A stretch of 64,000 bases of DNA from Leucoraja erinacea (lineage: Eukaryota). The notes beneath the pieces are model-generated. The model searched no databases and was not told the origin of the DNA. It saw only the letters and a list, made by a program, of their open reading frames with translations. This document shows, piece after piece, positions 1 to 10,800 of this stretch. Location: the NCBI RefSeq assembly GCF_028641065.1, contig NC_073414.1, positions 5,828,001-5,892,000 of the forward strand, in the 5' to 3' direction. A program made the translations under genes and the position numbers. Positions within the stretch are counted from its first letter, which is position 1. The number at the start of each line of letters is the position of its first letter.

Positions 1-66
1 TATCGGAGCCATCCGTCCACAGCAGCTGATAAAGATTGTTGGGACTGTGAACACCAATGCTACCAG
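1..66 (+). CDS. Galectin CRD exon (5'-truncated by window edge)
   Basis: Frame from position 2 reads IGAIRPQQLIKIVGTVNTNAT. Donor AG|GTAAGT at 66/67, phase 2, matches the acceptor at 2575/2576. Confidence 0.85.
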
Positions 67-3000
67 GTAAGTTCTGACAAGTGTCTTCAACCTGAAACAT
101 TAACTCTCTCTCTCTCTCGGTAGATGCTTCAGTTGTTCCAGCATNNNNNNNNNNNNNNNNNNNNNNNNNNNNNNNNNNNNNNNNNNNNNNNNNNNNNNNN
201 NNNNNNNNNNNNNNNNNNNNNNNNNNNNNNNNNNNNNNNNNNNNNNNNNNNNNNNNNNNNNNNNNNNNNNNNNNNNNNNNNNNNNNNNNNNNNNNNNNNN
301 NNNNNNNNNNNNNNNNNNNNNNNNNNNNNNNNNNNNNNNNNNNNNNNNNNNNNNNNNNNNNNNNNNNNNNNNNNNNNNNNNNNNNNNNNNNNNNNNNNNN
401 NNNNNNNNNNNNNNNNNNNNNNNNNNNNNNNNNNNNNNNNNNNNNNNNNNNNNNNNNNNNNNNNNNNNNNNNNNNNNNNNNNNNNNNNNNNNNNNNNNNN
501 NNNNNNNNNNNNNNNNNNNNNNNNNNNNNNNNNNNNNNNNNNNNNNNNNNNNNNNNNNNNNNNNNNNNNNNNNNNNNNNNNNNNNNNNNNNNNNNNNNNN
601 NNNNNNNNNNNNNNNNNNNNNNNNNNNNNNNNNNNNNNNNNNNNNNNNNNNNNNNNNNNNNNNNNNNNNNNNNNNNNNNNNNNNNNNNNNNNNNNNNNNN
701 NNNNNNNNNNNNNNNNNNNNNNNNNNNNNNNNNNNNNNNNNNNNNNNNNNNNNNNNNNNNNNNNNNNNNNNNNNCCCAGCCTTAAGAAGAAAACCTCTCA
801 TGTGAGCACTTCAATCTTACCGGTGTCTCCCATGTTTATATCTCGTTACGTCTGCGTCAGGTTGTGCTCAAACCGTTTCTGTGAAATAACTTTGAATCTT
901 TGAATATGTTTTACTAACATTCTTAGTTTAACCTCGTGCATAAAGTCTGTTTCAAAAATCCTGAGTCTTTTTTAAACCCAGAATAATCACCATCTCACCC
1001 ATTGGGGCAGGTTAGGAGATTATGAGAGGCATCTATCGACTTCTTCTTGTCTTCTTCTATCAAATCTTTCTGCAAAGTGGTGACCAGGATGAGAGTTTAT
1101 TTAAAGTGTGTAAGAATTTCTTCTCACAGAGGGTGATGAATGTCCAGAGGTTTTTACCCAGGAGGTTGCGAAGGTTAGATTGTTGGAGGAGTTTAAAAAG
1201 AAGATGGATGGCAAAAGATTGATGAGGGCAGAGCTGTCGGTTCTATATGTGGATTTCAGCAAGGCATTTGACAAGGTTCGAGATGGGACGGTGCTCTGGA
1301 AGGTTAGATCGCATGGGATTCTAGGAGAGGCTAGCTGACTGGATGGAAACATTGGCATCATGGAAAGAAGCTGATGGTGATGGTGGAAGTTTGCTTTTCA
1401 GACTGTAGGCCTGTGACTTGTGGTGTGCCTCAGGGTTCAGTGCTGGGCCAATTACTGTGTGTCTTCTATATACAGGGACCTGAGGGGTAGTTTTTTTACA
1501 CAAAGGGTGGTGGGTATATGGAACGAGCTGCTGGAGGAGGTAGTTGAGACAGGGACTATCATAACCTTGTAGTAATTCACTAGTTGTGAAGAAAATGATC
1601 TTTATTGGCAGATACAACTGTTAAACAAACGCACGGTAAGTGAGAGCTCTGAACTTCCCTAGCAAACGCCCGCCAAACTCAGTCACGTGATCATTTTACC
1701 TCTCTGACGAGGGTTCGATCCATAAGTGGCTCAACCACCAGATGGCGCCACAATGTTTAAGAGACATTGGGCCAGGTACATGGATAGGATATGGTTAGAG
1801 GGATATGGGTCAAACACAGGCAAGTGGGACTTGTTGATGGGGCATGTTGGTCGGCGTGGGCAGTTTGGGCCGAAGGGTCTGTTCCCACACTGTATGACTC
1901 TCTTCCCTCCAGTCCCTCTCTCAATTCCTCTCACGCCTCCTCACATCTCCTATGACTCTGTGATTCTATACATTTTTGAAAGATTGGGGTACTGAGGGCA
2001 CAAAATGCACGATGAAGCTATAAAAATACAAATGGATTACTAAGGTAGACAAAAATGCTGGAGAAACTCAGCGGGTGAGGCAGCATCTATGGAGTGAAGG
2101 AATAGGCGACGTTTTGGGTCGAGACCTTTCTTCAGACTGATGTTGGGGGGAAGCGGGTAAAAGAAAGGAAGAGGCGGAGACAGTAGGCTGTGGGAAAGCT
2201 GGGAAGGAGGGAGTGGAAGGAGGGTAAAGCAAGGGCTACCTGATATTGGAGGTCAATGTTGGGATGTAAAGTCGCCAAGCGAAATATGAGGTGCTGCTCT
2301 TCCAATTTGCGGTGGGACTCACTCTGGCCATGGAGGAGGCCCACAACAGAAAGGTCGGATTCGGAATGGGAGGGGGAGTTGAAGTTCTGAGCCACCGGGA
2401 GATCAGGTTGGTTATTGCGAAGTGAGTGGAGGTGTTGGGCGAAGCGATCGCCAAACTTGCGCTTGGTCTCACCGATGTAGAGCAGTTGACACCTGGAACA
2501 AATGTCTAATGGAACAAATTACTAATGTCCTCAAAACAAATTACTTACCGTCATAGATGTTTTCTTTTTTTCAAGGTTTTCCATTAATCTGATGACGAGC
2601 TGCTGGGATAACATTGCCCTGCACATCGATCAAAGATTCAATGAAAATGCCGTGGTGCGGAACAGCAGAATCCAGCAGGAATGGGGTACAGAGGAGCGAG
2701 CTTTGCCCTTCCTCCCATTTGTGCCTGGCCAGACGTTTGAGGTACGTCATCCTCCTGGGCAGGGCCCAGGCTCGGAGTTTGCAGGCGTGCTGTAGATTAG
2801 GCGGCTGCCCTCGAGTCAGCAGCGTTTACCCTGGTAACGCTGTTGTTGACTATTTCCAGCTCGGGAAAGATATCCAGAGTGTGGTAACCGTACCCTTACG
2901 GTATTTAACCTGAAACGGTAGTCCTTGTGCAATTGTCACAAATAAAAAGGGCATCACGCTGGTGCAGCTAGTAGAGCTGCTGCCTCATAGCACCGAAGAT

Positions 3001-6000
3001 CTGGGTTCTATCCCGACCTCAGGTTCTATCCATGCAGAGTTTGCACCTTATCATAGAAACATAGAAATTAGGTGCAGGAGTAGGCCATTCGGCCCTTCGA
3101 GCCTGCACCGCCATCCAATATGATCATGGCTGATCATCCAACTCAGTATCCCGTACCTGCCTTCTCTCCATACCCCCTGATCCCCTTAGCCACAAGGGCC
3201 ACATCTAACTCCCTCTTAAATATAGCCAATGAACTGGCCTCAACTACCCTCTGTGGCAGAGAGTTCCAGAGATTCACCACTCTCTGTGTGAAAAAAGTTC
3301 TTCTCATCTCGGTTTTTAAAGGATTTCCCCTTATCCTTAAGCTGTGACCCCTTGTCCTGGACTTCCCCAACATCGGGAACAATCTTCCTGCATCTAGCCT
3401 GTCCAACCCCTTAAGAATTTTGTAAGTTTCTATAAGATCCCCTCTCAATCTTCTAAATTCTAGAGAGTATAACCAAGTCTATCCAGTCTTTCTTCATAAG
3501 ACAGTCCTGACATCCCAGGAATCAGTCTGGTGAACCGTCTCTGCACTCCCTCTATGGCAATAATGTCCTTCCTCAGATTTGGAGACCAAAACTGTACGCA
3601 ATACTCCAGGTGTGGTCTCACCAAGACCCTGTACAACTGCAGTAGAACCTCCCTGGTTATCCCTTTAACCTTGTGGGTTTCCTCTGGGTGCTATGGTTTC
3701 CCCCCACATCCCAAGTATTATGTGTTTGTAGATTAATTGATATCTGTAAATTGCCCCGTGTGTGTGTGTGTGTAGGAAGTGGATGAGAGAGTGAGATAAC
3801 ATAGAACTGGTGATCGATGGTTGGCATGGACTCAGGGCGGCTGTTTCCATGCTGTATCTCTGAACTAAACTAAGAGATCATTCTTCATATCTCACCATGG
3901 CATTTTGGTTATTAGTAGCAGAAATTGAATGAGATTCAGTCAATGATTCCATGACACTCAATTGTCACTTCTACCTAGGTACAGTGAAATTATTTGTTTT
4001 ACATACACTTTGGTAAAATCATATGGTAGATCTCACAAAGAGTTGCCATGTTTCTGCCAAAGTTACAAAAAGTTCAATGACCAGTCTTACCTTTTTGAAG
4101 TGGCGAACAAAGCTTGCGGTTGCATGTGGCCCCCTCACTGGGTCCCCCGATAGTCTTGGCGGTCCCCTGCTGGGACCCCCTGTGTTCTCAGTGAACAGTC
4201 CACTTTGTTCTCGTTTTTTTTTGTTGACTGCCACCCAGTCAGCGGAAAGACTAAACATCAAGTTCAAGTTGAATTTCACATTTATTGCGCCAATTAAGGT
4301 ACAGTGGAATTTGATTTACCATACAATCAAAAAGAGCACAATACACAATAGAATATAACATGAACATCCACCACAGTGGAATCAACATTCTTCACTGTGG
4401 TGGAAGTCAATGACGTTCAGTCAAACATGATTACAATCAAGCCATCCACAGCGTACAGATACAGGATTCTGGGAATAACATTTGGTGAAATTCAGATACA
4501 GTTCAGTAAAGTCAGATTGAAGATAGTCTGAGGGGTCTCCAATGAGGTAGATAGTAGTTCTGGACCGCACTCTAGTTCGTGATCAGAAGGTTCAATTATT
4601 TAATAACAGCTGGGAAGTAACTGTTCCTGAATCTGGCGGTATTCGTTTTTCACACTTCTGTATCTTTTGCCCATTGGCAGAGGGTAGAAGAGGGAGTGAC
4701 TGGGATGAGACTGATCCTTGAATATGCCGGTGGCCTGGCCAAGGCAGTGTGCGAAGTATAGATGGAGTCAATGGAAGGGAGGTTGGTTTGGGTAATGGTC
4801 TGGGCTGCATCCACAATTCTCTGCAATTTCTTGCGGTCTCGGATGTAGCTGTTCCCAAACCATGCTGTGGTGCACCCTGATAAAATGTTTTCTATGACTC
4901 ATCAGTAGAAACTGGTTAGAGATGTTGGGGACATGCCGAACATCCTAAGCCTTCTAAGGATGTAGAGGCGTTGGTGTGCTATCTTGGTCATTGCTTCGAT
5001 ATGCCTGGACCAGGGCATGTTGCTGTTGATATTTACTCCTAAGAACTTGAAGCTTTCAACCTTTTCTAATTTGGCGTCGTCAATATAGGTGTACCGCATT
5101 GCTTCCTGAAGTCGATCACAATCTCCTTTGTCTTGCTGACATTGAGGGAAAGGTCGTTGTCTAGGCACCAGGTTACGAGGTTCTCAAACTCCTTCCTGTA
5201 CTCAGTCTCGTCAGTATTTGTTATCCGGCCTACTGATACATGATACAATTGATACAATTTATTTGTTGTCATTTGAACCTCATTGAGGTTCAAACGAAAT
5301 GTTGTTTCTGCAGTCATACACACAAGAAAAAGAACCAAGGCACAACACAATTTACACAAACATCCATCCCAGTGAATCTCCTCCTCACTGTGATTGAGGC
5401 AAAGCCTTATCTCTCCCCTGCACTCCTCATTCTCCTCCCGATGTCAGAGTCAAAGCCCCCGGCTGGTGATGGTAAGTGTCCCGCGGCCATTAAAACTGCG
5501 CCGGGTGATGCAAGGCCGTGCTCCGGGTCTAGGTGTTGGAGCCCCCGGCGTGCACTAGCAAGTCCCACGGCCGTTAAAGCCGCGCCGGGCGATGTAAGGC
5601 CCCGCTCCAGGTAATTTTCAACTCCGCAACTCGGGCGGGAGAAGTCGCCGTTGCGGAAGCCCCGAAAAGCGGTCTCCCAGCAGGGACCCGCGGGCTCCCG
5701 GTGTCACCGTCCACCAGACCTGCGGTTGGAGCCTCCGAATATCTGGGGTCGGGTCGCAGCAGCGCGCCAACACTGCTCCTCCCGCTCCGAACTCGGCCAG
5801 CTCCATGATGGTAAGTAGGTCCGCAGCTCCGCGACTGTAGCCCCAGGTCGTTCCGGTTGGAGGCCGCTCCACGGTACTCGGCCCCAACGACAACGGACAC
5901 CCAACAGAGAAAAGGTTGGGTTCTCCGTGCAGGGGAAATATTTTAAAAGTTTCCCCACCCCCTGCCCCCCACACACATACCCAGTTAAAAAAAAAACTCT

Positions 6001-6462
6001 TTAAACTACATTCAAATGAGACAAAAATTAAAAAACGACAGACTGACTGCAGAGGCCGCTGCGACGTGAGTCGCGCCGCTCGCCCATTCAACTGCAGCGG
6101 TGTCGTCTGCGAACAATGTTTAGGGTTGGAACCCTTCTTCAGACTCAAAGTCCGAAGAAGGGTTCCCTTCACAGATGCTGCTTGACCTGCTGAGTTATTA
6201 CAGCACTCTGTGTTTTGTTCCAAATTCCAGCATCTGCAGTTCTTTCTTTCTCAAGAAAATGTTCTTTAATAAGTTAAAAGACTTTTATGATTTATCTGTA
6301 ATTCTTTCTTGGCAGATGCAGATCATGGTTCAATCAAGCTGCTACGCAGTCTCTGTCAATGGAAGGCACCTCTTCAACTACAACCACAGGCTGGAGCCCC
6401 TGAACCAGATTAATAAACTGGAAGTCCTTGATGATGTCAGCCTTTCTTTTGTGCAGTACTAA
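1..6462 (+). CDS. Galectin (galectin-4/9-like C-terminal carbohydrate recognition domain), 3' part of gene; exons <1-66, 2576-2741, 6316-6462
   Basis: The spliced translation is IGAIRPQQLIKIVGTVNTNATR|FSINLMTSCWDNIALHIDQRFNENAVVRNSRIQQEWGTEERALPFLPFVPGQTFE|MQIMVQSSCYAVSVNGRHLFNYNHRLEPLNQINKLEVLDDVSLSFVQY*. Galectin hallmarks are H-x-x-x-R, VVRN, WGxEER, PFxxGQxF and NGxHLFxYxHR. Junctions are GT-AG and phase-consistent (2, 0), with the typical 3-exon CRD layout. Confidence 0.93.
145..774. other. Assembly gap (630 N) in galectin intron
   Basis: Run of N. Confidence 1.
1065..1570 (+). mobile_element. Degenerate CR1-type LINE fragments
   Basis: Remnant RT and 3'-end motifs (tatatgtggatttcagcaaggcatttgacaagg = YxDFSKAFDK; ggtgtgcctcagggttcagtgctgggcc = GVPQGSVLG; tttacacaaagggtggtg). 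Confidence 0.75.
2043..2500 (-). mobile_element. Penelope-like retroelement 3' fragment (GIY-YIG endonuclease C-terminus plus pLTR-like repeat)
   Basis: The minus-strand ORF 2132-2395 contains NSPSHSESDLSVVGLLH..RKLEEQHLIFRLATL, typical of fish Penelope-like endonuclease C-termini. It is followed by the abundant ctgaagaa..gaccc..aaacgtc..gatgctgcc..ctccagcatttttgtctacc repeat. Confidence 0.7.
2576..2741 (+). CDS. Galectin CRD middle exon (sugar-binding residues)
   Basis: Polypyrimidine tract plus AAG acceptor. Encodes FSINL..HIDQRF..VVRNS..WGTEER. Donor GAG|GTACGT. Confidence 0.95.
2949..3873 (+). mobile_element. tRNA-derived HE1-like SINE split by a CR1 LINE insertion
   Basis: The 5' part 2949-3050 has A-box- and B-box-like tggtgcagctagtag and gggttctatccc. 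The 3' part ~3655-3873 ends in (aacta)n. Compare the uninterrupted copy at 40383-40682. Confidence 0.75.
3051..3653 (-). mobile_element. CR1-type LINE 3' end, young copy
   Basis: ORF 3143-3448 reads MRGDLIETYKILKGLDRLDAGRLFP..RTRGHSLRI..FFTQRVVNLWNSLP, the CR1 ORF2 C-terminus. The tail is (ttctatgt)n. A near-identical copy is at 62008-62310. Confidence 0.9.
4425..5238 (-). mobile_element. Rex1/Babar-type LINE fragment
   Basis: Minus-strand peptides WCLDNDLSLNVSKTKEIVIDFRK, VESFKFLGV and AHQRLYILRRLR. Confidence 0.8.
5240..6085 (-). repeat. GC-rich unclassified retroposon, copy 1 (related copy at 8355-9165)
   Basis: Clear similarity to 8355-9165 (gatgtcagagtcaaagccccc..gcaactcgggcgggagaagtc..gggacccgcgggctcccggtg). 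Short tandem tail at the left end. Confidence 0.7.
6316..6462 (+). CDS. Galectin terminal coding exon
   Basis: Acceptor ttctttcttggcag. Encodes MQIMVQ..VNGRHLFNYNHRL..VSLSFVQY, then TAA. An AATAAA at 6831 is a candidate polyA signal. Confidence 0.93.
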   Translation: MQIMVQSSCYAVSVNGRHLFNYNHRLEPLNQINKLEVLDDVSLSFVQY

Positions 6463-8354
6463 TGTTTTGAAGTAAACAATCTGCTTTATCCAGAAAACAA
6501 AATCAGCATAATCTTCCCAAATTCTCATTTTTAACCCTCTACTTATTTGGTGATCAATCCTCTAGATTGCTTATTGCATCTGAACCAATCAGAATAATGT
6601 AGCATCATTAACCCCAGCTTACTGTATACTTTATATTAACACCCACTTCCTACATTAAGTAGTCTTGGAAGCGGTAGTGATGAACTAACAACCTGCTGTA
6701 CCGCTCTGCTATATGTTATAATTAAAGATGACTTAAACTCAAGATCCGTGGTCTTTCCATCATTTACAAATCCATAGTTGAACATCCATTTCACATCAAT
6801 CAACGCATGGGTGAAGGTGAGGAAATGTATAATAAAATTGCTCAAATGATAAGTTCTTGTGTTAAGTTGCAAGAGGAGAGCTTGGAGTTGGGGCTTTCAG
6901 AAATACATGCCTCCACAAAGAAATAAAGAACAAAGAACACACACACAGGAGAACAGATGGCTTATCATAACATGGAAAGGTTGATCTGAATAGGCATATC
7001 TTTATTTATTGCTTTGAAGCAATAATCATGCTGTGAGAAGTAACAGTTGGTTTAGGTTGGTGTTTATAATAGAGGTTGTTAATAGTGCGGGTGACACAGG
7101 GCCCTCAGTAGGAAATAGAGTCATGCAGCGCAACAACTGCCCCTGCAGCCCAATTCATCCATGCCAAGACTGTGCATGAGTGTGCATTCACCCTATCTAT
7201 TCCCCCTCGTAATTTTACACACCTGCAAGATCAACCCAACTTTCTACACTCCAAGGAATAAAGTCCTAGCCTGACTAATACCTTCCTATAGCTCAGGTCC
7301 TCATATCCTGGCTATATTCTTGTAAACCTTTGCTGAATACTTTCCAGTTCAGGCCAAAGGCTTTTCTGACAAGAGATTTAAGTGATATCCCACAAAGACA
7401 AAACTCTCTGGCTGTTGCCTTGTGTTCGCAGCCAGGGGAAAGTTCTGTATGATTCTAAGGTCCATCAAAACTGAACTCAGTGCAATGGTTACAGTAAATG
7501 CTGTTGAATTCCCCACTAAATATTTAATTAACTCAGTCCCAACAGTGTAGAAGGGGACTGGGACTTGCTTTTATTATCTTTGAGAGATCATTTTGGTGAG
7601 TTTGCAAGCCATTACTCCATTACAGGAAACAGACCTAATGATGGATAGGACAGTCAAAGAGGGTATAGACTAAAGATAAGAGGGGAGAATTTTAAAGGTG
7701 ATCTGAGAGACATGTTTTTCCACAGAGGATCGGTGATTACCTGGAATGAGCTGCCAGAGCAGTTAGTAGCGGTAGATGCAATTACAATGTTTAAGAGAAA
7801 TTTGGACAGGAAAGTTGAGGATTATGAGCCTAATGGAGGTAAATAGAATTATAGATAGGCATAACGGTGGTATGGATGCGGTGGATTGAAGAGTTTATTT
7901 CTGCTCTTCATGATTCTATGAATATTTGTTCTATCGCAACTTGTTTCAGTGATTGCATCAACATCCCAAGTTCATGAAACATGCATGGTCAGCTGTTGAG
8001 ATATTTGACCATCAAGAAACACATTATTAACCACGTTCAGCATCTTTGACATTCTATTATCACAAGAATTGCTGATTAGTTGCTTAGAAAAGTTTTAACA
8101 CCCCTGCCATGGCTACCTGGAATAATAAAAGAAACTGACCGGAGTATCAAAACAAAATCAAAGAATTAAATAACATGATATGATAGTAATTATTGGATCA
8201 TAAAGTAGATGTACTTTGCATTATGACTTAATAAAACTCAAAGCAAACATTTACTGCCCCAGCCAAGCCCTAAACCTCCACAATAATAAATTGTTGGTGG
8301 ATTCTTTGGAAAAATAAATAAATAATGTTTCGGTCTGGATTTATGCCAGAAATG

Positions 8355-9165
8355 ATTCAAGATTCAAGATTCAAGATTCAAGTTTCAAGATTCAATTTAA
8401 TTGTCATTTGGACCCCTTGAGGTCCAAACGAAATGCCGTTTCTGCAGCCATACATTACAAACAAATAGACCCAAGACACAACATAATTTACATAAACATC
8501 CATCACATCGCTGTGATGGAAGGCCAAAAAAACTTATCTCTCCACTGCACTCTCTCCCCCCCCCCCGATGTCAGAGTCAAAGTCAAAGCCCCCGGCTGGC
8601 GATGGCGATTGTCCCGCGGCCATTAAAGCCACGCCGGGTGGTGCGAGGTCGCACACCGGGTCTTGATGTTAGAGCCCCCGGCGTGCGCTCGCAGAGTCCC
8701 GCGGCCATTCCAAGCCGCGCGGGGCGGTGCTGTAAGGCCCCGCACCAGGAGCTCTTCGACCCCGCAACTCGGGCGGGAGAAGTCACCGTTGTGAGAGCCC
8801 TGAAAAACGGTCTCCCTCCAGGGACCCGCGGGCTCCCGGTGCCGCCGTCCGCCAGACCCGCAGTTGCAGCCTCCGAATCTCCGGAGGTCGGGCCGCAGCA
8901 GCAGCAGCAGCAGCGCTCCACCACCGCTCCACCCTCTCCGGACTCGGCCAGCTCCGCGACGGTGACGGTGAGTCGTCGGCACCAGAGTCCCCGGTCTTCT
9001 CCTGTTGGAGGCCGCTCCTCGTTGCAGCCCCAACGACAACGGAGACCCGACAAGAAAAGGTCGGGTCTCCCGTGCAGGGAGAGATTTAAAAGTTACCCCT
9101 CCCTTCCTCCCACCCCACCCGCACCCCCCCACACACACCCCCCAACAAAAAATAACAAAAACTGA
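8355..9165 (-). repeat. GC-rich unclassified retroposon, copy 2, with (GATTCAA)n tail and internal (CAG)n
   Basis: (gattcaa)x3-5 at 8355-8396, then a body homologous to 5240-6085. Confidence 0.7.
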
Positions 9166-10454
9166 GATGTTACCAGAAAAGGATAAGCAAACTAGGATGA
9201 TTTAGGATGAGACAGTGATCCATCTTCAGCCCCGACCCCGCACTTTCTACATCCCTTCCTAAAAGCCTTTTAAACAGCACCACTATATCTGCTTCCAGTA
9301 CCACTCCTGGCAGCGTGTTGCAAGCACCCACCACTCTCTGTGTAAAAAAAAATCTGCTCCAAACATCCCTGTCAACTTTGACCCTCTCACATTGGTCATA
9401 CCAAGGTAAGGACTGCACAGGGAGAAGGGAGTCATCAAGTATGTCAATTTTCATGCGGTGCAAAACAAGGCCATATCAGTCCATTGAATCCATGTAACTT
9501 TATGGAGCAATCTTATTCCCCCATTAATTTTCCATCTCCCTATTCTCCCCACTTTTCCAAAATGGGTGAACAAGAGGAAGATGCAAAAGATGCATCCTGG
9601 CAGAGACAGAGACTGGCCTTGGAAGAAGAATTCACCCTTTCACCTGATTTATCTGTTGTTAAACTATATCAAAGCAATTAACATTCCCTAACTGGATTAG
9701 AGTTCCATAATCATAATTGCTCGCTGAAACAAGATTACTAAGAAATGTACACATAAAATATTATTTGTATCTTGCTCGTTGAATACATTTTATATGATTG
9801 CAAAAAAGCAACCTGCTTTATTGGATATCTTGCCAGGGAGGTAAAACAGCCCAGATCATTCAAGAGGGACAAAAGCATCTGGAATTGGAAGGTGCTGGTG
9901 ACACAGGGCCCTCAGTAGGAAATAGAGTCATGCAGCACAAAAACTGCCCCTGCAGCCCAATTCATCCATGCCAAGACTGTGTTTTTAAGAAAGTTATGGG
10001 CTTTTAACTGTCCTCGATCACAACTTTTGTGGTAAGTCAATGGAAAAGCAATAGGGAACAAGATGATAATTTCCGAGTATGAAAATGGCCATAACTTTTT
10101 TAATACTGAAGATATGAAAGTGAATTAGGTGTCAAATTAAACTTATTTTTATGCTTTATCTGATGGGATACATTGCAGACTTGATTTTTTAAATCTCAAC
10201 ATTTTGTAACATTGCTACATCAATGAAGGTAAACATACCATATGTCTTCTTCACCACTCTATCTACTGGTGTTGTTGAACATGGTAAAATAACGAACTGG
10301 ATGGAGGTATCTGATGCAATTTTTTGAAAAAGGTGAATTTTGTTTGTTGCATGCAGCCACCTGGCGATCAGTGGAACAAAGATTGCGAGCATTTCGTTGT
10401 CTCTGTACTGTACACTGACAATGACAATTAAAATTGAATCTGAATCTGATCTGA

Positions 10455-10800
10455 GCAGGCCACACGCCAGGTTGGGCGCCGCCATATTTGATACTGGCAT
10501 CCGGCATTGTGACGGGAGTCACGTGAGAGGAGTAGCCGGAGCGGGGTTTCCGCGCGCGCGCTCGTGCGTCGCCGGAGTCTGGCCGTTGGAGTTTGGGGGT
10601 TTGATTTTGAATTTGATTTTGAACTTGAAGGTGAAGGGGAAGCCGTTGGCCGTGCGCGCCATGCCCAAGAACTGCGCGGTGAGGGAGTGCACGCGGCACG
10701 CGGGACAGCTGGCGGCGGACAACAGGAGGATCAGCTTCTACAAGTGAGTGGCCTCGGGCCTGGGCCTGGTCTCGGTCCCGGCCCCGACCGGACACCGGTG
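10455..10800 (+). promoter_or_regulatory. CpG-island promoter of THAP gene with YY1-type site and E-box
   Basis: CpG-dense. CCGCCATATT (YY1 consensus CCGCCATnTT) at 10479-10488, TCACGTGA at 10519-10526, GCGCGCGC run at ~10552-10561, Kozak gccATG at 10661. Confidence 0.7.
10661..10743 (+). CDS. THAP gene exon 1
   Basis: Encodes [14 protein letters not shown](K). Donor AA|GTGAGT. Confidence 0.92.

Noticed and set aside
100-903. Two long ORFs in the ORF track
   Set aside because: They are artefacts of the N gap at 145-774.
2949-3020. tRNA genes at SINE heads (also 40383-40450)
   Set aside because: A and B boxes are present but there is no complete cloverleaf, and each continues into a SINE body and tail.
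8401-9165. 254-aa ORF with polyQ, plus overlapping ORFs at 5240-6223
   Set aside because: They lie inside a GC-rich interspersed repeat, and the frames are not preserved between the two copies.
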